Shown: positions 57,026 through 64,000 of the stretch, piece after piece | Layout of the letters: each line of letters begins with the position of its first letter | Numbering within the stretch: position 1 is the stretch's first letter | Source: an uncultured Gammaproteobacteria bacterium | GTDB lineage: Bacteria > Patescibacteriota > Microgenomatia > Levybacterales > UBA12049 | Direction: 5' to 3' | Assembly: GCA_964521295.1 (NCBI GenBank) | Contig: CAZFRF010000001.1 | Coordinates: forward strand, 7,751 to 71,750 | Length of the DNA stretch: 64,000 nt | Made by a program: the position numbers and the translations under genes | Notes under the pieces: generated by a model | Databases searched by the model: none | What the model saw: the letters and a program-made list of their open reading frames with translations, nothing else | Told to the model about the DNA's origin: nothing

Positions 57026-58165
57026 ATGAATAGGTATCTTAAAACTATATTAATAATTTTGACGTTTGCAATCCTGTTGTTAGTCTGTATTTTTTCTCTT
57101 TGGCAAGTAAGTAAAAATTCCCAGCAAAATATTAATGATACCGAAGGTAATAATTCAATAAATTCGCATAAAGAATCTGTAACAGTTTATACGCAAAATT
57201 TATCAGTACCATGGTCAATGGTTTTTTTGCCTGATAATAGGATGTTAGTAACTGAGCGAGGAGGGAAGGTAAGAATCGTTGATCAAAACGGAAAACTCCA
57301 AGAATCTTCCGCAGTGGTTTTAAATGTGCGGCAAGATTTAACCGGGGAAAATGGTTTACTTGGAATTACTCTTCATCCAAAATATATCCAAAACCATTAT
57401 GTATATTTATATTACACATATCAAACTAATGGACAATCATTTAATAAAGTTGCCAGGATGACTTTTACAGCTGATAAGTTGATTAATGAAAAAGTGATTG
57501 TAGATAAAATTCCGGCAGCTATCTTTCATGATGGAGGCAGAATTAAGTTTGGACCTGATGGTTTCTTATACATCACAACAGGAGATGCTAGGAGTTCTCA
57601 ATTTGCTCAAGATAAAAATTCTCTAGCAGGAAAAATTTTAAGAGTAACAGATGAAGGTAAAGCTGCTCCTGGTAATCCTTTTAATAATTTAGTCTATTCA
57701 TATGGACATAGAAATCCTCAAGGTCTTGCTTGGGATCAGGGGGGAAATTTATGGGAAACCGAGCATGGTAGATCTAATCCAACTGGATATGATGAAGTCA
57801 ATTTTATTGAAAGAGGAAAAAATTACGGGTGGGAAATAATTCAGGGTGATGAAGAAAAACAGGGTATGGAAACTCCCAAGAAAAATTCAGGTTCGACTAC
57901 GACCTGGGCTCCATCTGGAGCAGTATTCGTAGGCAATTCTTTCTTTTTCGTTGGACTTAAAGGAGAAACATTGTATGAAGCGGTTATTGAGGACAATAAT
58001 ATTGTAGATTTTAAAGAACATTTTAAAGGAGAATTTGGGCGACTTAGGGATGTGGTTTTAGGAAACGATGGGATGCTTTATTTAACTACAAGCAATAGAG
58101 ATGGAAGGGGAAATTCAAGAGTAGGAGATGACAAGATAATTAGGGTTAATCCAAATTCTTTGTAA
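57026..58165 (+). CDS. PQQ-dependent soluble aldose/sorbosone dehydrogenase family beta-propeller (YliI-like)
   Basis: FLPDNRMLVTERGGKVRIV N-terminal motif typical of the family; signal anchor. Confidence 0.72.
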   Translation: MNRYLKTILIILTFAILLLVCIFSLWQVSKNSQQNINDTEGNNSINSHKESVTVYTQNLSVPWSMVFLPDNRMLVTERGGKVRIVDQNGKLQESSAVVLNVRQDLTGENGLLGITLHPKYIQNHYVYLYYTYQTNGQSFNKVARMTFTADKLINEKVIVDKIPAAIFHDGGRIKFGPDGFLYITTGDARSSQFAQDKNSLAGKILRVTDEGKAAPGNPFNNLVYSYGHRNPQGLAWDQGGNLWETEHGRSNPTGYDEVNFIERGKNYGWEIIQGDEEKQGMETPKKNSGSTTTWAPSGAVFVGNSFFFVGLKGETLYEAVIEDNNIVDFKEHFKGEFGRLRDVVLGNDGMLYLTTSNRDGRGNSRVGDDKIIRVNPNSL

Positions 58166-58182
58166 TCTAATAAATGTCGTTA

Positions 58183-58211
58183 TTGACATCAAAATCAAAG
58201 AGGAGTATATT
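58183..58211 (+). promoter_or_regulatory. Consensus promoter TTGACA-17-TATATT
   Basis: Read directly from the sequence; the ATG follows 11 nt downstream with no SD. Confidence 0.45.
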
Positions 58212-58222
58212 TTTCAATTATT

Positions 58223-59179
58223 ATGCCATCGGCACATGAAAGAAGATTAAGAAGATCTACTCCAGTTGAATTAAGACCAGCTATGCCAAATCCAGTTCCC
58301 CTTGCAGAAGGTCGTTTTGATCCGGATTCGATTAAATCTACTTTAGTAGGTACTCCGCGAAGAAGTTTATGGGTAGTAACTTTAGATAAAGAGGCAACAG
58401 GGGATACCTATGATACTTGGATTATGCGAGTTCCTCAGGGTTATGAAGCAAGAGGAGAGGGAGATCAAAGAGAGTTTCATAGGGTTTCAGATGGGGCTTT
58501 TTTACATGAAGATAGTTTATTAGAGCCAACAAATCATCCATTACTAAAACCCTTGAATGCTCAATCTTCGCACTCAGAATATTTAGCAGATGTGCATCAT
58601 AATTTTGCAGTAGCTAGTTCAGTTTTTGCTTTAGGGAGACATTTTACCTCAGAGCCTGAACTAGCTTATTTTAAAGAAGATCCTTTAGTAGCAGAATTAC
58701 CATTAGAAAAAAGATTAGTCTCTGATCAGCATGCTTTTCCAGGAAAGGGGGCGGGTAGAGAGCTTTTTGTTAGCCTTACTGATGATGTAGAAGGCGATGG
58801 AGATTATGTTGATACTTTAAGTTTCACTCAAGAAGTATTAGTAGATAATGGATTTTCAGATCCATTAGCAAATGCTGCGATGAGAGCAATTGATTTAATA
58901 AATGATGGAACTGATGTTAGATTTTTTGAGGCTTCTCATTATAGAACTAGAGCTGAGATTGAAAAAGCAGCAGGAGAACACGCTGCTCAAGCACTAATAG
59001 ATCAAGGTTTTCTTGAAGCTCATCCCAAATGGATAAGAGCATTAACTGTTCAGCCTTTAGATGATGGAGTAATAAGTTTTATAAGTACAGATCCTAAAGA
59101 TCACAGAAGTCATCCTCAAGCTCCATATAGAATTGATGTCAGAAGATTACATGAAGTTTTTTACCCAGAGAGATACTAA
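58223..59179 (+). CDS. Hypothetical protein, atypical composition (Asp/Glu/Arg/His-rich)
   Basis: ORF plus promoter. Confidence 0.45.
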   Translation: MPSAHERRLRRSTPVELRPAMPNPVPLAEGRFDPDSIKSTLVGTPRRSLWVVTLDKEATGDTYDTWIMRVPQGYEARGEGDQREFHRVSDGAFLHEDSLLEPTNHPLLKPLNAQSSHSEYLADVHHNFAVASSVFALGRHFTSEPELAYFKEDPLVAELPLEKRLVSDQHAFPGKGAGRELFVSLTDDVEGDGDYVDTLSFTQEVLVDNGFSDPLANAAMRAIDLINDGTDVRFFEASHYRTRAEIEKAAGEHAAQALIDQGFLEAHPKWIRALTVQPLDDGVISFISTDPKDHRSHPQAPYRIDVRRLHEVFYPERY

Positions 59180-59191
59180 CATTAACTCATC

Positions 59192-59220
59192 TTGACATTC
59201 TTTATATAAAAACGTAAAAT
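59192..59220 (+). promoter_or_regulatory. Consensus promoter TTGACA-17-TAAAAT
   Basis: Read directly from the sequence. Confidence 0.45.
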
Positions 59221-59233
59221 CCTCAACCATATA

Positions 59234-59902
59234 ATGAAAAATCATCTTGAATTAGGACAAAGAATTGCTAGACAAGCAGATCAGCTTGTAGCAAAAAGAT
59301 TCCATGAAATATTAGGAATTCCAGCAGATGAATATAGGGCTGGTTTGCAGGTGCCTGCTGATGCTGCAATTCCAACTGAAACACAAATGCATCCTCATCC
59401 ATTATTAGTTGATCCACGAGTTAGTTTGAAAGATTTAACTACACATTTTATTGGAGTTGGTGCTTTTAGACCAAGAATTGTAACAATCGGTTTACTTGAA
59501 AATGGAATTAATGGTCTGACTGATTTAAATGGAAATCCAATTGTTGAACAAGCAAATCCGTACATTGCCTTCGTTGATTTTGGCAGAGATTATGGAACTA
59601 ATGATTTCAATGTAGCAGTTGAAAGATTTACACAGAATAGCGTTGGTATAACACCATTAGAAGGGGTTGCATTGCAGTTACAATACGGTTCAAAGCTTCA
59701 AAAAGAAGACTACAATATTGTGCTTGGAGGAGCCCGTGGTAGATGTTGTGATTTAGATAGGGGTATAGATGGAATAGGTTTAGTATCTGCTGGAGAAGCA
59801 ATTAAAATGGGAACACATAGCATGGGATACTTACTAGATCGTAGGCCTGGTGGAGTGGTAACAAGAGCAAAAGATATTGTTGTTCTTGGGTCTGTAAAAT
59901 AA
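59234..59902 (+). CDS. Hypothetical protein, atypical composition
   Basis: ORF plus promoter; begins MKNHLE, like the 47134 ORF (MKNHFE). Confidence 0.45.
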   Translation: MKNHLELGQRIARQADQLVAKRFHEILGIPADEYRAGLQVPADAAIPTETQMHPHPLLVDPRVSLKDLTTHFIGVGAFRPRIVTIGLLENGINGLTDLNGNPIVEQANPYIAFVDFGRDYGTNDFNVAVERFTQNSVGITPLEGVALQLQYGSKLQKEDYNIVLGGARGRCCDLDRGIDGIGLVSAGEAIKMGTHSMGYLLDRRPGGVVTRAKDIVVLGSVK

Positions 59903-59933
59903 CTTCTTAACTTTTTGATATAATTAGCCTCAT

Positions 59934-61034
59934 ATGAATCTTTCAATTGGTATCGTAGGTCTTCCAAATGTAGGAAAAAGTACACTTTTTAATGCTCTTT
60001 TGAAAAAGCAGCAAGCTTTAGTTGCAAATTATCCGTTTGCAACAATTGAGCCAAATGTTGGTGTAGTTGCTGTTCCTGATGATAGGTTACTTAGTCTAGC
60101 AGAGATTACAAAGTCAGAAGAAAAAATGACAGATTTGCCTCCAATAAAACCAGCAACTGTAAATTTTGTAGACATTGCTGGACTAGTTAAAGGCGCTTCA
60201 GAAGGAGCAGGACTTGGTAATAAATTCTTAAGTCATATTAGAGAAGTGAGTGTAGTAGCTCATGTTGTTCGTGCATTTGAAGATGAAAATATTTTAAAAG
60301 AAGGCGCTGTAGATCCGAAGTCAGATTATGACACTATAAGAACAGAACTTCAAATTGCGGACTTACAAACTGTACAAAATGTATCTGAAAAAGCATTAAG
60401 GACAGATCCTGTGAAAAAAGCTGCAGTTGAAAAAATAAGACAAGTTTTAGATAGTGGCAATAATGCATCTACGACATCTTTAACAGAAGAAGAAGCTTTG
60501 TCTGTTAAAGAGTTTAATTTATTAACTTCCAAGCCTGAAATTGTCGTTTTAAATATTTCTGAAGCAGATTATAATCCGGAAAGTATTCAAAAAATTATTG
60601 GTACATATGCTGGTCTTTTAGAAGTAGAGGAGCACAGAGTAATTGTAATTTGTGCCAAAATTGAGGCAGAATTAGCAAGTTTATCCGAAGAGGAGCAAGT
60701 GGAATATCTTAAAGATTTAGGAATGAGCAAATCAGGCCTTGAGAGACTTATTCAAAAAGCTTATGAAGAGTTAGGTCTTATTTCATTTTTAACAAGTGGC
60801 GCTAAAGAAGTTAAAGCCTGGACAATTAAAAAAGGAATTACAGCCCAAATGGCTGCTGGAGAAATTCATACAGATTTTATTAAAAAGTTCATTAAAGCTG
60901 AAGTTGTGCATTTTGCAGATTTCGTTGGCGCCAATGGTTGGAAAGGCGCAAGGGAAGCGGGAAAGGCACTTTTAGAGGGAAGAGATTATATTATGCAAAA
61001 TGGAGATGTTGTTGAATTTAAAATAGGCACATAA
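59934..61034 (+). CDS. ychF: Ribosome-binding ATPase YchF (Obg family)
   Basis: [18 protein letters not shown]1 motif and a C-terminal TGS domain. Confidence 0.9.
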   Translation: MNLSIGIVGLPNVGKSTLFNALLKKQQALVANYPFATIEPNVGVVAVPDDRLLSLAEITKSEEKMTDLPPIKPATVNFVDIAGLVKGASEGAGLGNKFLSHIREVSVVAHVVRAFEDENILKEGAVDPKSDYDTIRTELQIADLQTVQNVSEKALRTDPVKKAAVEKIRQVLDSGNNASTTSLTEEEALSVKEFNLLTSKPEIVVLNISEADYNPESIQKIIGTYAGLLEVEEHRVIVICAKIEAELASLSEEEQVEYLKDLGMSKSGLERLIQKAYEELGLISFLTSGAKEVKAWTIKKGITAQMAAGEIHTDFIKKFIKAEVVHFADFVGANGWKGAREAGKALLEGRDYIMQNGDVVEFKIGT

Positions 61035-61527
61035 TTATTCTGTTATCTGTATCGGGATTTGATACCACTTTGAATCCAAATCTTTCATAAGCTCTTATTG
61101 CTGCTAAGTTATTTTTTGTTGTTTCAAGCCAGATTCCTTTATTAGGATTTTGAGTATATTCAAGTAAATTTTTATATTTATCAAAGGCTTTATCCATAAA
61201 GTGTTTTGATAAGCCTTTTCCTCTTGCTGGTTTATATATTCTAACTGCAAAAGTAACACCATATGAATCTTTATTAATTGGAAGTAAATATTTTTTATTT
61301 GGTAAATTTTTTCTTCCATACCAAAGAATACCTAAAAGGTTGTCTTTTACATCTGTTAAAACAAAAACTGTTCTATCTTTTTTTTGCCAAGAAGTAAAAT
61401 GTTCTATGCTTCTAAATCTCTCTAAGTCTTTGGTGGTTTCTTGAATAATTTCGTCTGTGTTGGTGTAGTTTATGAGTTGTTGAATTTGTTTTTTAGTGAT
61501 TCCTTCTTTAATGTAGACAGTTTCCAT
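61018..61527 (-). CDS. GNAT-family N-acetyltransferase
   Basis: Acetyl-CoA binding region RGKGLSKHFM and an AIRAYERFGF tail. Confidence 0.68.
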   Translation of the reverse strand: METVYIKEGITKKQIQQLINYTNTDEIIQETTKDLERFRSIEHFTSWQKKDRTVFVLTDVKDNLLGILWYGRKNLPNKKYLLPINKDSYGVTFAVRIYKPARGKGLSKHFMDKAFDKYKNLLEYTQNPNKGIWLETTKNNLAAIRAYERFGFKVVSNPDTDNRIIMCLF

Positions 61528-61549
61528 TGATAAATTATAACAATATTAA

Positions 61550-61578
61550 TTGACAAAGATAATATAGAAATGTAGAAT
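61550..61578 (+). promoter_or_regulatory. Promoter TTGACA-17-TgTAGAAT, 9 nt from the ATG
   Basis: Read directly from the sequence. Confidence 0.45.
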
Positions 61579-61587
61579 TGCGAGATT

Positions 61588-62865
61588 ATGTCAGAGCTTA
61601 TAGGAAAATATCGACCAGAACAACCAGTAATTACAGGTTTTGCACAAGTTTCTGGTTTTGGTGGAACAGAGGCAACAACTAATGGTTTATTAGATGGTAA
61701 AACTGCAATTGGAAAACACGATAACTTACAAATTCCTGGTGTTTCTGTTGCCGCACCAGCTCAATTTGATGCGTCAACTTTTCCATTTATAGCTGATTTA
61801 GATCCAAAATTTTTAAGAAGAACAAGTAGGTTTGGATTAATGACAATGGGTCTTATTGTTGAAGCAGGGTTGCATGCAAAAGTATTAGATGGGGATTATA
61901 AATTAATTCCACATTTTGATCCACAAGAGGCAAGTGTTGCTTTCGGAAGTGGTGTTGGTTCTTCTATCTATTTAGTTAGAAATGCAGATGTTTTAAGAGA
62001 TCCAGAAAATAAGGATAGAAAAATTGGTCCATTTGAAGCATTACATAGCTTGCCAGAGGGTCCACATTCAAATGCAGCCTTAAGAATAAATGCTATTGGC
62101 CCTTGTGATTATGAATCTGCAGCATGTGCAACTTCACTATATTCAATGGAACATGGTTTTAATAGATTAATGAGTGGTCAAGCGCAAATTGTTTTTGCGG
62201 GTGGGGCAGAATTAGTATTAGAAGAGCCAGTCTTAGCTCTTGGTGAATTTAAATCTTTCAAAGCTTTAACGCATAGCGAAGATCCAAATAATGCAAGTAT
62301 TCCTTTTTCAAAGCAAAGATCAGGATTTGTTATGGGTGAGGGTGGTGGAGTAGTGGTTATGGAAACTCTGGCATCAGCTCTAAAAAGAGAAGCTACAATT
62401 TATGCAGTGGTTGATTCAATAAGAAAAGGTTTAGGTGCAGGCGGAAGTTCAACTGATATGGCAACTGATAGAATTGCTAGTTTAATTAGTAAGGTTGCAA
62501 GGGGAAGAGAAATAGATGCTATATTTGCCCATGCTACAAGTACTCAGGTTGGGGACATTGCTGAAGCAACTGCTATTAGACAAGCATTGGGTAAAGACCA
62601 CCCGATAGCAGATGTTACTTCAGTTAAGTCAGGAGTTGGTCATGCTTTAGGTGGAGCTGGAATTCTTAGCGTTATTGCAGGTGTTAGAGCCATACATGAG
62701 GGAGTAATTCCTCCAACTAGAGTTGGTGAGGGCATTGATCCACAAATTGTTGATCAAGGAGTCAATGTTGTTACAGAGGCTAAGGTAAAACAAATAAATA
62801 CCGCTATTGTAGAAGCGTTTGGATTCCACGGACATAATGTTGTAGGCGCCTTAACTTCTTTATAA
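61588..62865 (+). CDS. Beta-ketoacyl-ACP synthase I/II-like condensing enzyme (thiolase fold)
   Basis: Active-site Cys box GPCDYESAACATS, PFSKQRSGFVMGEGGGVVVME, His motifs AHATSTQVGD and SVKSGVGHALGGAG, and a GFHGHN tail. Confidence 0.72.
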   Translation: MSELIGKYRPEQPVITGFAQVSGFGGTEATTNGLLDGKTAIGKHDNLQIPGVSVAAPAQFDASTFPFIADLDPKFLRRTSRFGLMTMGLIVEAGLHAKVLDGDYKLIPHFDPQEASVAFGSGVGSSIYLVRNADVLRDPENKDRKIGPFEALHSLPEGPHSNAALRINAIGPCDYESAACATSLYSMEHGFNRLMSGQAQIVFAGGAELVLEEPVLALGEFKSFKALTHSEDPNNASIPFSKQRSGFVMGEGGGVVVMETLASALKREATIYAVVDSIRKGLGAGGSSTDMATDRIASLISKVARGREIDAIFAHATSTQVGDIAEATAIRQALGKDHPIADVTSVKSGVGHALGGAGILSVIAGVRAIHEGVIPPTRVGEGIDPQIVDQGVNVVTEAKVKQINTAIVEAFGFHGHNVVGALTSL

Positions 62866-62884
62866 CTTTTGTTATACTTAGTTC

Positions 62885-63838
62885 ATGCCACAAGAATTGC
62901 CTCAAAGTTTAGATTTAAAGTTAGCGGCTGATCAAATTAGAATTCATCGAGAAATTGGAGAAGTAAAAAGATTTACAAATATGGTTTTTGTTCCTGGAAG
63001 AGATGAGCAGGTTGCATATAGTCCAGCAATGGAAATCTTAGTTAATAATCCAGTTCTTCTTAGATATTCATATGGTTTTAGAGCTCCCAGTATGTCTACA
63101 GCTTATCTTACTCCGACTCACACAAGAGAAACTGGACTTAGTAATGTTAGAGATTTTTTACATGATAATGGTTTTGTCGGAGAAAGAGCAATTCAAACAA
63201 GAGGAATTGTTGATTTAAATAATCCAGCAGAGGCACAAATCTTAGAAGTTGATAGAGATTCAAGTCAAACCGTAGTAGATGCAAATGTTTTATTTACTCG
63301 TGATCCTAGAACAATCCTTATTATTAAATCTTCAGATTGTCCAACTGGTAGTATTCACTTTAAAGATAATGTGGGAAGAGATGGAGTAGCTCTTGTTCAT
63401 GGGGGAGCACAATCAATTAATTTTGGTTTAGTCAGGCAAGGCATGCAAGCTTTGCAAAGTGAACTCGGTGTGGATTTGGATAGCGTTACGGTTTCTATTT
63501 TTCCTGGTATGAAAGATTACACTCTTTCTAAAATGTGGAAAGATAAAGATGGGATAATAAGGCCAAGATACGAAGGCTTGTATCCAATAAACGTTAATGG
63601 GTTTTTGGAACCAGCTAAAACAGATGATCCTTTAGAGAAAAGAAAAATAGATTTAGAAAGTGCCTTTATAATGCAGCTCTTACAAGCTGGTGTTAACATT
63701 AAAAATATCGAAACGTTTGCCGTTGATACTTATGAAGATGCAAAGAAGGGTAGAGCATTTTCACACAGACTTATGGTTGATGAAAATGGTAGACCTGGCG
63801 CAAATCTGATAGCAATTCAACTAAGGCAAGCTACTTAA
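62885..63838 (+). CDS. YfiH/PgeF-like (DUF152, Cu-oxidase_4) family protein
   Basis: SSDCPTG (approximating ADCxPV), ALVHGGAQS (approximating AHAGWRG), and C-terminal FSHRLMVDENGRPGANLIAIQL (approximating FSYRRD...GR..S.IWL). Confidence 0.45.
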   Translation: MPQELPQSLDLKLAADQIRIHREIGEVKRFTNMVFVPGRDEQVAYSPAMEILVNNPVLLRYSYGFRAPSMSTAYLTPTHTRETGLSNVRDFLHDNGFVGERAIQTRGIVDLNNPAEAQILEVDRDSSQTVVDANVLFTRDPRTILIIKSSDCPTGSIHFKDNVGRDGVALVHGGAQSINFGLVRQGMQALQSELGVDLDSVTVSIFPGMKDYTLSKMWKDKDGIIRPRYEGLYPINVNGFLEPAKTDDPLEKRKIDLESAFIMQLLQAGVNIKNIETFAVDTYEDAKKGRAFSHRLMVDENGRPGANLIAIQLRQAT

Positions 63839-63882
63839 GTTCTGCTTGCTTAAAACCTTTGTGTATAGTAAAATTAAAGCCA

Positions 63883-64000
63883 TGAGAAATTACAATTTAA
63901 CTTTAGTTGTTAGTGGTTCATTAAAAGATGCTGACAGAAAAAAAGTTGTAGATTTAGTTAAAGAATATTTAAAGGGCGCAAAGTTTTCTAAATCAGATGA
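63883..64000 (+). CDS. rpsF: Possible 30S ribosomal protein S6, partial (runs off window end)
   Basis: Partial ORF MRNYNLTLVVSGSLKD..., resembling the S6 N-terminus (MRhYEivfmv); only 39 aa visible. Confidence 0.35.

Noticed and set aside
1-64000. CRISPR arrays, tRNA/rRNA genes, transposases, integrases, reverse transcriptase (DGR)
   Set aside because: I scanned intergenic regions and ORF translations. I found no repeat-spacer periodicity, no GTTCGA-type tRNA T-arm in intergenic gaps, no DDE/tyrosine recombinase and no YxDD reverse-transcriptase motifs. I cannot exclude short or degenerate elements without tools.

Overview
The window looks like a low-GC, streamlined bacterial genome of the CPR/Patescibacteria type. 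It uses the standard genetic code, genes are short and tightly packed, and near-consensus sigma70 promoters frequently sit 6-13 nt upstream of the start codon. Recognisable housekeeping blocks: (i) a dTMP-synthesis island (tmk-dut-long thyX-MidA-like methyltransferase-glyA); (ii) rpsB-tsf-frr; (iii) maf-greA followed by a nucleotide operon (Tmk-like kinase, Nudix-like/methyltransferase-like fusion, CYTH); (iv) rseP and the oxidative pentose-phosphate genes pgl, zwf and short gnd, plus a split transketolase, glycerate kinase and gdhA; (v) proS, rpsU-ybeY-dnaX-ybaB-recR, cysS, ychF. Accessory content: a same-strand cell-surface cluster at 7389-15024 (1075-aa Cys-rich adhesin-like protein, cohesin-domain anchor, dockerin-bearing protein), a 1031-aa S8 subtilase with an inserted propeller-like region, a PQQ-type sugar dehydrogenase, an archaeal-type PEP carboxylase behind a ~180-nt terminator/antiterminator leader, a lone FabF-like ketosynthase next to a YfiH/PgeF-like gene, and a KGG stress protein. 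About a dozen hypothetical proteins have Arg/Gly/Asp/Pro-rich, Lys/Asn/Ile-poor composition unlike their neighbours. No tRNA, rRNA, CRISPR array, transposase or integrase was recognised. The best candidates for undescribed biology are the PEPC leader RNA, the ketosynthase/PgeF pair in a lineage expected to lack fatty-acid synthesis, the greA-linked kinase/Nudix/CYTH operon, and the dispersed atypical-composition gene set.
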